Assembly: GCA_964016885.1 (NCBI GenBank)
Contig: OZ024741.1
Span: forward strand, 114,514,001 to 114,578,000
Reading direction: 5' to 3'
DNA from: Eledone cirrhosa
Lineage: Eukaryota
DNA length: 64,000 bases
Made by a program: the position numbers and the translations under genes
Notes under the pieces: generated by a model
Databases searched by the model: none
What the model saw: the letters and a program-made list of their open reading frames with translations, nothing else
Told to the model about the DNA's origin: nothing
In this document: positions 1-13,021 of the stretch, piece after piece
Position numbering within the stretch: position 1 is the first letter of the stretch
Layout: the number at the start of each line of letters is the position of its first letter

Positions 1-454
1 TAAAGCAAGATAAATGCAAATAATAATAATAATAAGAAGAAGACACACATGGTGGATAGAAGGTCGAGAAATCGCTCCCGTAAGTTTTGATTTTTTTAAC
101 ATATTTAAATCAATTGTGAAATAACAATTCTTAGTACAAATGTTGCATAAGACATCCAGCCTGAGTCCCAAAAAATTCGGATCCACAATATATTGTTATA
201 TCGCTCAAATATTCAATTTTGTATTATACATTTTATATTCAAAAAGAAAATGGTTATAAATGGAAGGAAACCCCCTCTGTCTACACTATATAGAACAGCC
301 AAATAACAGCAATTTCACCAACATCAGAAACTAGATACACCACCTACCCCATCACCCCTCTGTGTACACTAAACACAACAGCCCGATAACGGCAATTTCA
401 CCACCACCACCACCAATCTCAGCATAATAATAATAATTACTATTACTATTGCCT

Positions 455-1620
455 CAAGTTTTAGTTTTAACAAAATGTTTAATTCCAATAAATGTCAACA
501 CATACACGCGACTAACGATAATTTCACTAAAGATAATTTCACCACCAATACCACCACCACTACCACGATGAAAACTCTGGTCAAGTCGACTCAAATTTCT
601 ACTCCAACTTCAACACCATCACTACAGTAATACGACCACATCACCACCACCGCTGCCTCACTATCGCTACCGCCGCTATTCTCTCACACTACCTCCTGCT
701 AGTTGCTGCTAGCACAGCGCCGCCATCGGCGCCGCTGCCTCAATATCACTACCGCCGCTATTCTCTCCCACTACCCCCTGTTACATTGTAGAATTCTCAC
801 TAAAAGAGGAAAACATCGAAATATATAAATAGACTGAATTGATGACCCGATCAAAATAAATATAAAAAAAAAACAAAAAAAACAATAATCAAAATCAAGT
901 TTTAGTTTTAACAAAATGTTTAATTCCAATATTATGGGTAAATGTCAACGCATATACGCGACTAACGATAATTTCACTAAAGATAATTTCACCACCAATA
1001 CCACCACCACTACCACGATAAAAACTCTGGTCAAGTCGACTCAAATTTCTACTCCAACTTCAACACCATCACTACAGTAATACGACCACATCACCACCAC
1101 CGCTGCCTCACTATCGCTACCGCCACTATTCTCTCCCACTACCTTCTGCTAGTTGCTGCTAGCACAGCACCGCCACCGCCGCCGCTGCCTCAATATCACT
1201 ACCGCCGCTATTCTCTCCTGCTACCCCCTGCTACATTGTAGAATTCTCACTAAAAGAGGAAAACATCGAAATATATAAATAGACTGAATTGATGACCCGA
1301 TCAAAAAAAAAACAACAAAAAAACAATAATCAAAATCAAGTTTTAGTTTTAACAAAGTAATACGACCACATCACCACCACCGCTTCCTCACTATCGCTAC
1401 CGCCGCTATTCCCTCCCACTACCTCCTGCTAGTTGCTGCTAGCACAGCACCCCCCCCCCCCCGCCGCTGCCTCAGTATCACTACCGCTGCTATTCTCTCC
1501 CGCTATCCGCTGCTACATTGTAGAATTCCCACTAAAAGAGGAAAACATCAAAATATATAAATAGACTGAATTGATGACCCGGTCAAAATAAAAAAAAACA
1601 ACAAAAATCAAAATCAAAGC
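455..1620. repeat. Tandem repeat, ~440-bp unit, 3 copies (third internally deleted)
   Basis: CAAGTTTTAGTTTTAACAAA recurs at ~456, ~897 and ~1338. Near-identical ACC/GCC-rich bodies end in A-rich linkers. Confidence 0.9.
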
Positions 1621-1884
1621 AGCACAGCAACAACGAAAAACGTAAAGGAAATAAAAATAAAGAGAAAAACAAACGGACGGACAGAGAAGGGAAGGGAAAA
1701 ACTAAGTCAGACATTCAAACACTACATTACAATGAAACTTATGCTTATTCATTTTTGGGATTTTTTCTGCCTGTTTGTTTGGGTTAGTCTACAGCGTGAT
1801 AATGCCACACAAAAGTCACGTGGAGTGACGAAACCACCGGAGACAAGTAATTCACCGGTGGTTATGTAACCATACATTCGCCAA

Positions 1885-2410
1885 TCTATATATATAAAGC
1901 TGTGGTTGTCTGTCTGTCTATCGATTTTTGGCACACATCTCCTCTTAGAATCTCTGACGGAATTGCACCGAAATTGCTATACTTGTACATTGAGCCCTAG
2001 CGAAGACATCGGAAAAAAATATTTCAAATTGACCCACCCTATGTGACGAAATCGAATCTAATGTATCGATTTTTGAGCGTAAGTGACGAGTTATTTCCCT
2101 TTGTTCTGTTTACATTGAGCGTCTTACGTTGTTTTTCTCTGCGTTGCAGTGTTTACATTTTCGATCTTTGTTAATAAATAACCAGTGCAGTTTTTATCCC
2201 CAGCATCCTCTTTTGTTATAACATTCGGGTTATCGTTATGTTTTCTTAACTTCATAAGGCATATTGTTGGTTGAGGGAATATTAATCAAAAACAGCACAT
2301 GCAAGTCTGCACAGTAGACACTACAGTTTTTAAGCCAAAAAAGAAACTTAACATTGTAACTTTAACACAGCTACTGAGCGACCCCGAGCAACGCCGGGAT
2401 TTACTGCTAG
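1885..2410 (+). mobile_element. Non-autonomous Helitron
   Basis: 5' TCTATATATATAAAG followed by (GTCT)n. 3' hairpin CCCGAGCAACGCCGGG (2383-2398), then CTAG end at 2407-2410. Inserted between A(1884) and T(2411) with no TSD. Confidence 0.85.
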
Positions 2411-2430
2411 TCCTCGATAAGAGTGTTTAA

Positions 2431-4797
2431 ATGTCGAACCTAAACAGTTCGAATAACGGTGAAATGGAGACTAGAATGTCATGTGACAGACTCTCACCCA
2501 ACAAGTGCTCCCTGGCTCAGCAGCAGGGACCTGGCTGTCAACCAAATACTGCTGGTATCGGAGGAAGAAGAAGAAGGAAAGGGACCAGAACCAACTGGAC
2601 GAAAGAATTGAATAGAACTGTTATGCAATGTTACCTGAAGTGTAACCCCAAGGAGAAAGGCTATAGGAAAAGTATGCATAACATCTGGAACGAGATTGGT
2701 CCATTTAAATTAGATGAACAAAAACTGGCCGGGCAGGCTCGGGTAATAAGAACTAATGGGTGGATAAGCGAGCTGGAACTGGAGGAACTGGGCAGAGAGA
2801 TTAGCTTGGAGATGGAGGGTGGAGTATGCCAGGCAAACGAGCCAGTGGGAAATGAAGGTGAAGAGGTCGAGAGAACGGAGGAACCACCCGAAACAGACAA
2901 TGATCTGAATGCTGAGATAAATAATACCTGGAACAGAGATACGGCCACTGAGGAGATGAATGCTGACGGGCTAGGACAAGATTTGGTAGATATCCTAAAC
3001 TTAGTGGTAGATGAATTGAACAATGATAGTGGGAGACCTATGAACCTAAGATTTGTAGACAGGAAAAAGTTAAAAGAAACAACAGCTAAGGTAAACAAAG
3101 TCATCCCATACCTTGAGGCGAGGAGCCTTCACCAGTGCAACAATATCATCAAAGCAACAGCAAATACGGTGAGGAAACTACTTGGTATAAAAGCGAGAGG
3201 AAACAACAGACAAGAAAGAGCAGAGCCTTGGTAGAAGAAATGACTGAGTGGTCAAATCAGGGAAATGAGAAATGACATTGGAAAGCTTGAGTCCCTACTG
3301 AATGGGACACTAAAAAACATAGACACTAAAAATAGACTGGAAATAAAGTACAAAACTAGGAGGAAAAAGCTAAATATTATCATAGAGGAACTGAAGCAAC
3401 GCATTGTAGCAAAAAGTGCAAACATCAGGCGATACGAGAACAGAGTCAGCCAGTATAGACAGAACCGCATGTTCGACAACAACCAGAAGATGCTGTTTGG
3501 ACAGCTTGAAGGGAAAGAAAGAGGCAACGACTTGATCCCTGAGGCGGAACAAACTAAAACATTCTGGAGAGGAATATGGGAGCAGGATGTTAAACATAAT
3601 GACCAGGCAGTGTGGATTGAGACAGTACAGAAGGAGATCAGTGAACAGGCACGCCAACAAACTGATTTGAGTATCACAGTTGAAACTCTTAAGAGGCAGG
3701 CCAAAAAACTAACCAACTGGAAATCACCTGGCCCAGATGGTGTGCAGGGGTATTGGATTAAAAACATAACATCCCTCCACCCGAAACTGACAACCATGTT
3801 CAATGACTGCTTGATGTCAGGTGAGGTACCAGAGTGGTTGACAAAAGGTACCACAGTTCTGATAATGAAAGACCGAATCAAGGGTAATGATGTTACCAAC
3901 TATAGACCTATCACATGTCTGTCCGTAATCTGGAAACTGTTGACAAGCATTATGTCTGAGGAAATCTACCATCACCTCCACACAAACAACTTGTTACCGG
4001 ACGAACAGAAAGGATGCCGAAAGAAGTCACGTGGTACAAAGGACCAGTTACTTATTGATAAGATGGTAATGAGGAATTGCAAGAGGAGACACACTGATCT
4101 TGCCATGGGATGGATAGACTACAAAAAGGAATTTGACATGGTGCCTCATTCTTGGATCACCAAAAGCCTGGAGATCTTCAAGGTGGCAGATAACATCAGG
4201 CAGTTGTTGGGCAAAAGTATGAAGTCCTGGGAAACAGAGTTAACATCAACTGGAGAATCCTTGGGAAGCGTGAAGATCAAGAGAGGTATCTTCCAGGGAG
4301 ATAGTCTGTCCCCTCTGTTGTTTGTCCTTGCCCTGATGCCCCTGACCAGTGTACTGCGAAAAGTGAGAGCAGGATACAGGTTGGGAAAGGGAGGGCTTAC
4401 CATCAATCACCTCCTCTTCATGGACGATCTTAAGCTCTTCGGGAAGAGTGAGAAGGAGTTGGATGTGCTTGTTGACACTGTCCGTATTTTCAGCAATGAT
4501 ATATGTATTTAATTTGGTATTAGTAAGTGTGGAGTCATTGTGATGAAGAGGGGTAAGTTGAGCAGAAGTAACAGAATCCAGATACCAACAGGTGAGATGA
4601 TAAAAGAAATTGACTCTGAAGAAGGATACAAGTATTTGGGCGTTCTGGAGGCTGATGACATCAAGAACAAAAAAATGAAGGAATTGATAAGAACTGAATA
4701 CCTTCGGAGAGTAAGCCCCTTCACGCTTTTTGGAACGCTTCAAAAGGCATGCTTGCTGGGAACAGCAAGAACCCTCCGATACGTCCTGAATATCTGA
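2431..4797 (+). pseudogene. R4/Dong-clade non-LTR retrotransposon ORF (RT), with stops and a large internal deletion
   Basis: N-terminal NWTKELN..MQCY..GYRK..IW. RT motifs KSPGPDG, NYRPITCL, WIDYKK.FD, GIFQGDSLSPLLF, LFMDDLKL. Terminal LQKACLLGTAR. Stops at ~3232 and ~4510. C-terminal CCHC/RLE region missing at ~4714. 3' end runs into (TAA)n at 4874-4913. Confidence 0.85.
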
Positions 4798-4873
4798 GGC
4801 TGCAGGTAGTGGCTTGATATTCATCTCAACAAACTTTCCAGTTAACTAACATCAATGACTGAGACTCAAAGAG

Positions 4874-4913
4874 TAATAACAATAATAATAATAATAATAA
4901 TATTAATAATAAT
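4874..4913. repeat. (AAT)n tract shared as 3' end by the R4/Dong element (+) and Tx1 copy A (-)
   Basis: Direct reading of the sequence. Confidence 0.9.
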
Positions 4914-7798
4914 TTCCTTATTGGTCACAAGGGCTGACATATAGAGGAAATACAATAGACAGGAACAGTGTATGTGTTTGTGTGTGTGTGTGTGTGTGGG
5001 GGGGGGGGGTTAAAATGAAATCAATTAAAAAAATACAACAATAACAATAAACAAAATAATATCAACAATGAAAATTCCCCAATAGGAGGGAGGACCACAG
5101 AGGGGCGACTCAGGAACCCAATCAATCCTGAATCATCCAACGCTCTGAGGGCACCCCTCTCCTCTTCAAATCAGCCAGCCCAAATGCGCATGATCAGGTA
5201 GACCCATTCACTGGGACCATTCTCACAACATTCACCCACCTTTTAGCAAATGTACTAGGGGCTTTCCTCACCACCCTCACTGTGATAACGAGTCAGGTAT
5301 ATCTACATAAAACTCATAGGGCAGACCATCCAAACCAGGTGACACTTACTTCGTGCAGTTGACCAGGACATCCCGAATCTCGAGTGATGTTATCCTTTTT
5401 GCAGCACTCAGCATCGTCTAATTTAGCTGCCAGCTCGCCCTCCTTTCTATTTTTCTATAGCTACTTACCTATTGGAACTAGAGCACCCGACGACCTGTTG
5501 TTGATGACCCCCGCCCCGTTAACGTACACTTAACTAAGGTGGTGACCTGGTCCCTGTAGGCTTTATGCACTGGGTATGACATGTTTAGCTTCCAGGTCCT
5601 AGCCTAGGTTTATCATGCAGATCTCAAATTTCTGAATAAGTGACCGTTCGGAAATGTGGATGACCTATACTATACCTATCAACAAACCTATCTAAATACA
5701 ATCTAGATGATCCTGTGCAGTTGGTCTAGGCCCAACCGGGCACTGTCAGACAGTTTGAACTGGCTGATCAAGTACTTGAGGCTTTTGCACCCCTGTTCCT
5801 ATCAGCTACTCCCACATAATCCCAGCGTGCGTCTAAATAGCCATTCCAGCTACCTGTTATCCATAAAGGGCAAGACATTCCTAGAAAGGTTTCCAGGCAC
5901 CAAAAGAAATCCGGCCGTCTGGCCCCGGTAGGGGCGTAGATGGCCACAAGTATAAAAGCACCACCTTCGCTATTACTCACAACCAGGACCACCATATTAC
6001 TGTCTGGGTCCAGAAAGATCGTCCTTACCTCGAGATCCAGGCCTTTCCTAAAAAGCACTGTCACCCCACTTCCCATTCCAGGCCGATTAAGAGATGCGAA
6101 GATCTGATAGTCGTAAAAAATGGGGGCTAGTGCATGCATGTTGGAAATCTTGGTCACACTGACAGAAGTTACATCCATATCTAGTGACCTAAGGTCGTTC
6201 AGCAAGCGACCTTGCTTCCAGGACAGCCCCAGGCCTCAAACATTGAGACAACTCACTCTTATAATCGCTATGTTGGCTGGTTGATCAAAAGAGAAAAAAT
6301 GGGGTAGACGGAAACTATTTATCCTCTAGGCTCTGTTGGAAATCGGGTGGTTCGACCTCCCTGTCTGGTGGGTGTTCCTTTGGGAACACCTTTAACATTT
6401 TACATTTGGGGTTCCCACGTCTTACGGGAATCTGTCCCTAATGTTTTTATGGTTGAGGTGCCATTCGCACCATCATCAGAGATTGTGACACTTTGAATGT
6501 ACTGGTAGCAAAAATTTCTCCCCCTCTCTCAATCTCCTTACGTTGAGCTACAAGGGCCATCAGTTCTTGGTTGGCCCTTCTTATTAGCACAATGTTTGGT
6601 GTCTGTGTTATTAGTTGTAGTTGTGTGAGTTTTTGCTTGGGTGGTTGTGCTGGTTTTTGGTGTTGTGGTTCTGTTGCTGCTGTTGGTGGTGGTGCTGCTC
6701 TTGCTGGTGCTGGTGCTGCTGTTGATGTAGTTACTGCTACTGATGTTGGTGCCGCTAGTGTTGCCGTTCGCTGCTGGTGCAGTTGTTGAGCTACTTGTGT
6801 TTGCAGCAATGGGGCTTGGTTGTTTCCCGTCTTGTTCCCAAGCCAGTGTTCTCTCTAGGTGTGCCTGACTTCCAAGAGTGTGGCACTACCCTCTCATACT
6901 ACACAGGCTAGGACCCACTGGACGTTCAGTCCCGGCGGTATCCGTCGATTCTGACCCTTCTGTGGTACGAAGGGTATAGGAAGTATTGGTCTGTCAGAAT
7001 GGGGTCTACAGAGTGTTTGACAGCACTGACAGGGCTGCGTATTGCTTGGCTCTGGCAATATGCTCTATATCGGGCATTATGCCTTTCAGTGCCTTTTCGC
7101 ATTCACTTTGAGGTGCTACTTCTGACCGTCACGATTTTATTGTAACAGTTTTATATATTACAGTTTTCTTTTCTTTAGGCAACAGTACCTCGAGCAGCAT
7201 AGCTATTTCTGCTTTTGATTAATTGGGCGGCTTGAGCGAAGAGTTCGTCTTTCTTTAGGATGACCAGAACCAATAGTTCAGTGGCTTTTGCAGCTGTGGC
7301 TGCGAATGTAATTTTGTAATTGTTGTTGTTCCTGTTGCCGTTGCCGCTGCCGCCGCTGCGATGTCGACGCTGCTGCCGCTGGTGACGGTGGCGTTATTGT
7401 TGATATCTGTAATGGTGGTGACATCATTGTTGTTTCTCTCTAGAGCTCCATTCGAATTGCTTTCATGACACCCGCATTGTTTCGGGAATTTTCCCTCTTT
7501 GGCAGGAGTTGGAGAGGGGGGGGGGGGGATAACCTCCATTTTTCTTTTTTACAAACAAAATTGTATGGCATAATTTCAAATTTAAAGTTCATATATATAT
7601 GGGCCCAAGGCCCAAATATTATGAGTTGTCCCTTCTTCGGGGCAAAGACAAAAATCTTATGTCCCCTGTGTAACAAAAAAATTTAAACAAACAAAAAACA
7701 AAACAAAAACAAACCAAATAAACAAACAATATAAAAGGATGTACATAAACAAAACTTACGGAGTGTAAACAGGAGTGGCGTATCGGTCAGAGACAAGC
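4914..7798 (-). mobile_element. Tx1/L1-clade LINE copy A, decayed, most of RT deleted
   Basis: APE endonuclease remnant 5768-6270 (LNDLRSL, YAPTG.RPDFF). ORF1 remnants 6330-7540. SPGLDGLPYE remnant ~5315. 3' end CCCTTGTGACCAATAAGGAA(ATT)n. 5' end abuts a SINE's ATT tail. Confidence 0.85.
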
Positions 7799-8176
7799 AA
7801 TAATAATAATTGTTTCTACTTTCTAGCACAAGGCCAGCAAATACCCAGTACATTACTGGTACTTTATTTTATCGACCCCGTAAGGATGAAAGGCAAAGTT
7901 AACCTCGGCGGGATTTGAACTCAGTCAGTAAAGGGACGTAACTCTATGCTAGAAAGCATGGCGTCCGATCCTCTACCGATACTGTCAATCCATATAATAA
8001 TAATTGTTTCTACTTTTGGCACAAGGCCAGCAATTATCCCAGTCATTACTGGTACTTCCTTTTATCGACCCCTTAAGGATGAAAGGCGAAGCTAACCCCG
8101 GCAGAATTTGAATTCAGATCGTAAAGAACCGTAATTCTATGCCACAAAGCTCTACCGATACTGCTAATCCACCACC
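7799..8176 (-). mobile_element. Two tandem copies of tRNA-derived SINE family 1
   Basis: A box TGGCAGTATCGG-like, B box GAGTTCAAATCC, core GCCTTTCATCCTTACGGGGTCGATAAAATAAAGTACCAG, 3' GGCCTTGTGC..AAGTAGAAACA(ATT)n. Confidence 0.9.
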
Positions 8177-8194
8177 CTTTTTTTAAATTTTTTA

Positions 8195-8790
8195 ATAAGG
8201 TTTCTCTCGCAATAGGTTGCTAGGTGAAGCGTTAATTGGCCTCGGATCAGTCCCTGATCTCAGAGGCTCTATATATCGCACATGATTCTGGTAGTGCTAG
8301 TAATGGTAGAAATGTGGATACTGCCTATGAAGTCATGGATCTCAAAGCTTCTGATAACAGACGTAAGGTGGTTAGGAACTGTGCCTAGCGTCCCAATGAC
8401 GATTAACACGACTTAGTCTCTGCCTTGTGCTTCCAAGGTCTGTATACTTATGGATCTTTTCCGTTTCTTTTTCAACCACATTGTAGTCTTGATGGACTGC
8501 AATATCAATTAGAATCCATGTTTTTGGGGGGAAGTGGGGGTTGTTTGTTTTTACAACAATATCAGAGTGGTTGTGTTGGACCCGGTTTGTGGTCTTAATC
8601 TCGGGGTCTCAAAATAACTCTACTCCCTCACTTGATAAATAGCGTTCATGGGGAGTATTTTTGTACCACTGACAATGCGCTTCAATGCATTTTTTGCACA
8701 GCTCCCAATAAACTCTTGCAACGTTTTGTAACGCTTTTTACGAATTGATCATATCCACTAGCAATATGTGCCAAAAATTCGTCTATAATG
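8195..8790 (-). pseudogene. Decayed 3' fragment of an R4/Dong-type LINE (restriction-like endonuclease domain)
   Basis: Manual minus-strand translation gives IKTTNRVQHNHSDIVV ... WILIDIAVHQDYN, the PD-(D/E)xK RLE signature. Confidence 0.65.
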
Positions 8791-8876
8791 TATCTATAAA
8801 GTACATGACCACAGTCTACTGACTGAAACCAGTAAAATTATAAAAGAGTGTATATATACAATGTGGAAATATTAAC

Positions 8877-9131
8877 CTGAATGTGATATTTTCTTCATAG
8901 AAATGCTCCCAGATACAACACCCATCGTAAAGTTTACGATATGAGACATAAGTGGCATGGTTATGTTCAAAGTTAACATTGACTCCATTTTCATAGAAAT
9001 GGCAACTGGAACGATGTTTATTAAGATGTCTTGTTCACTGTGGCATCCTTTCGAACTTGTGAAGTTAGAGATGTCACCGTATTGATTCTGGACTCCAAAA
9101 TCACAGCTAAATAACTTTGGTCCCTTTTCAA
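8877..9131 (-). CDS. Host gene exon 4 (secreted Cys-rich protein); gene continues downstream
   Basis: T-rich TTTTCAG acceptor, 255 nt open in phase 1 (EKGPKLFSCDFGVQNQYG...KKISHS), G|GTTAAT donor. Confidence 0.8.
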
Positions 9132-9411
9132 CTGAAAAAAAAAAAAAAAATAAATAAAATAAAAAATAAATAAAAAACTAATTATTATTTAATCATTTAT
9201 AAATTTGTATTTTTATTTCGAAAATAAAAATAAATCGATTAAATTCTACCACTCGATCTCAAGTCGTTGTTTATGGAGAATTTTACTGCTGATTTCAGGT
9301 CTAGTTTTATGGGTATGTAAAAATTGGAAGTATTATGGATGTATAACAGGGATATAATAGTTGTGTGATGTACATATGTTGTATATATGGAAACATTATA
9401 GAGTAACTTAC

Positions 9412-9537
9412 GTTCACATTTTGTGGCTTCCTTGGTTTTTACCAAGACAAAACCTTGGTTGCACTGACAATATTTGGCCAAGTGACCTTTGCCACACGTA
9501 CCAGGCCAGCAGTTATGTTTGAACCAGGAACATGTAG
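9412..9537 (-). CDS. Host gene exon 3, EGF-like Cys module
   Basis: TTTTACAG acceptor, C|GTAAGT donor, 126 nt. Encodes TCSWFKHNCWPGTCGKGHLAKYCQCNQGFVLVKTKEATKCE. Phase-compatible with both neighbours. Confidence 0.88.
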
Positions 9538-10787
9538 CTGTAAAATAGATTTAAGAAAAATGTAGGATTTCAGAAAAAAAAAAACAATAAACAAAACAAG
9601 ACAATCACAGGTGTTCATGTAGTAAGGAACGTTTAACTCAGGAAATTTCATATAGGAACAAAGTATTTAACACATGCCTAAGTTAAAATATGCTCCAAAC
9701 CTAGATGCTCATCTGGTTGGGTTTTATCCTGGATTCATTAATGTTAAGTAACTGAGAATACAAGATACCCACTACAGAATTAACCACCATCTGTGGCTGG
9801 TACTTATCTTTTAAAACTGAGTGATTTGGAGCAACGGAAAATGAAATCTACTTCTAAGATAAAACAAATCACTTGGTTCACACTGAACACATAATTTTAT
9901 GACTATGGGCCTAACTCTTTACACTAGATCACACACCTTCACTCCTCCTGCCTTAATTTAATTTAGGAGATGTTCGTAACTCTCTTAAAAGATTTAGATG
10001 CTAAAAATCACATAAATGGTCATGTCCCTCTCCTCCTCATGATGGAGAGTCTGATGGTTGGTGTCAGGTTGTGACGTCAATGAGGTGAAGTATAAACTAA
10101 ACAGAGGTGAATGATCATGTAATCTGATGTTGACCACACGTTGTCTCAGATATGATGGCAGCAGGATGTTGTTGTTTAACCCAGCTCAACTATGATCAAA
10201 GACATAGCTACAACACCCTGACATTATTCAACGTGTCGTTTTTTTTAAAGGCAATAGAGTGGAATTTATGGGAGTTTTAGCTGCTAATTATAGCAGTCCC
10301 AGTGATCACACAGAGGCTCTCCTGCAGGATTTATCAGAAACACACATACTATAATGGGTTGTCTCTGGCACCACTTTATTTTATCAATCCTAAAAGAATG
10401 AGTGACAAAATTGTCTGTAGTGGGATATGAACTGGGAATGTAAAAACCGGAACAATTGTACTCGGACCCCGTACAGCCGAGCTCCTCCGCAAGATCGGAA
10501 CGCCGACGGCCCGTCTGAGGAAGGAGGTTGGGTAGCTGTTGCAGCGGGTGTCACTGGCCATTGTCCGCGGGAATGCTTTTGCTGTCTTGTTCACGGGACG
10601 CAGCACTTCTTCCTCCTTGCCCTAGGCCCAAAGTTCAATCACCCTACCCCTTCACACCTGCCCTCTCTTCTGCGATATCAGACTTCTAGACATCCCCTCC
10701 CCTTATCGTTCTTTTTTCTTTCTTTTTCTCTTTTTTCTCTATATTTCCCTATTCTTTTTTCTTTTGTTTCCTTTTCTTTTTATTATT

Positions 10788-10959
10788 ATGGCCCGAATGA
10801 ATGGGCCTTCTCTGAGTATGTGTCTGTAAATTAAAGGTGGAAAACTGGGAGAGGGCACTTGCCCTGGTGGTCAGGGCCACTGTGGTCTTTTAATGGGCTT
10901 TCTCCACAAATGTCCCTCGGAAGTCTCCCCCCTATTGGGGAATTTTTCTTTGTTATTTT
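10788..10959 (+). mobile_element. 172-bp 3'-terminal fragment of the Tx1 B/D family fused to the 5' end of copy B
   Basis: Near-identical to 16400-16571. Preceded by TTATTATT. Confidence 0.9.
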
Positions 10960-10971
10960 GCAGAGAGAAGA

Positions 10972-12986
10972 TTGTCTCTCTCCCCCCCTTCTTTAAATGT
11001 GTCTCTCTCCCTCCCTTCTCTTTCGCAAGTGACGAAAGAAAAGAAAAGTCTCGTGCAAAGCGTGCAAGATTTCTCCACGACGACGACGACAGCGACGAAA
11101 CAGGTGTGCGGGAAATACGAAAACCCAGTTCATTCGTCTGACGTCAGGAATAATAGCAGTAGCAGCCGTAATAACAACAGCAACAGTGACAATGAAAACA
11201 ACAGTAGCAGCCGCAACAGCATCACCAGCAGCATAAACAACAACAGCATTAGCAGCAGCAACACCAACAACAACCACAGCAACAGCGGCGGAGGCAATAG
11301 TCGTAGTACCTGCAGCAACAACAAAAGTACCAGCAGCTCTGACGACAACAACAACAGCAGCAGCAGCAGAGAGAAACCAATCTCATTTGCAGGTATTGCG
11401 AAAAACTTGGAAACAATCCTCATAACAAATGAGGAATTAGAGGAAGCGAAGAAGATGGTGACAAAGAATGGACACCGAGCAATCTGCAAGGCAGCGGAAA
11501 AATTTTTCGAAACCCAAGAGCACTGTACGGTCACGTACCGTACAGTAAGTACAAAATCCCGTAGGGTGGAAAGAGCCACAGAGGCCCAAATACAAAAAGC
11601 CTTGGGGTCTGTGTGGCAGCGGAAAACGCACATCACCCGAGGCAAAAAATATGCCACCGTAGACGTACTTTTTGCCACACCCCAGGAGGCAAAGGCCCAA
11701 TCAGTAGTGACCCTAAGGAGCGAGGAAATGGTGTTGGTGCCCTCCTACTGCGGGCAAAAAATTGTGAGGGTCAAACTGACCCACGTCCCCCCCGGAATGG
11801 CCCCTTCTTGGCTGGCCGCGTCTGTCCTCGTCGGAATCGAGGACAAAACAACTGTACTGCAAGTACAGAAAAAAGTAAGAGAAGATTGGGTCGGCACCTC
11901 CATTGAGATGCTAATCCAAACCAACCAGGAGTGCATCGAAGCTATCCCGGATGTGATAGACTTCGATAACGGCACTCAACTGCCCATAAGTGTTGAGGGC
12001 AAACGACCGAAATGCTTTCGCTGTGGATCGAAGACTCACCTCAGGGCCTTCTGCAACGAGAAGACCCTGAGAAAGGAGAAAACCCCCCTCCTTCCGAATC
12101 CGGCTCCACGGCTACCAGCAACAGGACAAGCGGCAACCAGGAACGATAGGTCCGTGGCACCCATACCCACGCCACGGAAATCAAAAACAGCAGCAGCAGT
12201 GGAAATATTAACAACAACAATAGCAATACCAAATGCAGCTGCAACAGAGACTCCAGTGCAAACATCACCAACAACAACAAGTGAAAGAGTGGAGCTGGTA
12301 CCCCTCCTCGACCTCACAGAATCAGACATGGAGTGTGAGGTGGGAGAGGGATGGCAAAAGGTCGTAAGAAGGCACAAACGCAGAAGCAGCGCATCGTCGC
12401 CTTTGAAAAGGGAGGAAAGAAATGAGAAAAGGGTAAAGTCTACTGCAAAGAGACCCACAGCAGCAACACCACCAACACCATCACCACCCACACTAGCACC
12501 ACTGGCGACAACCCCACCGCCAACAACACCTTCAACACCACCACCACAAGCACCAACATCGCAAACACAACAACAAAACACACACACACCCAGCAACAAC
12601 GACAAGAAAATAGCAGAACCACACCCCACCCCCAGAAAAACAAATGCACGGCAATAAATACACACAACAAGAAACTAATGACTTACATAATTGAACACAC
12701 AGACATTTCACAACAGGACTACATAATACCAGCACCAATCAAAACGCCAACTAACATAAGACTGCTAAAAATAGCACAGAAACAATACACAAACATTAAA
12801 ACGAAATTCCCCAACGCAGTTGGTGATTTCAGGGACCTAGGAGGAACCATCAATCGAAGAGTATATTCAGACATTCTCTTAGAAGAGCCGACGACCAGCC
12901 GAAGGGACGATTCAACGGTCCCTTCACCAGACGATCAAGTGAAAAGGGATGTAAAAACCATCCCTCCTCTACCAAAAGTACGGTAA
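10972..12986 (+). pseudogene. Tx1 ORF1 (gag-like, CCHC knuckle), 5'-truncated and frameshifted in a (CA)n run at ~12580
   Basis: CFRCGSKTHLRAFC knuckle. The continuous version exists in copy D (26998-29154). B has one extra CA. Confidence 0.9.
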
Positions 12987-13021
12987 GTGGTCTTTCCCAT
13001 CTTTTCCACTCTATTTTAAAC

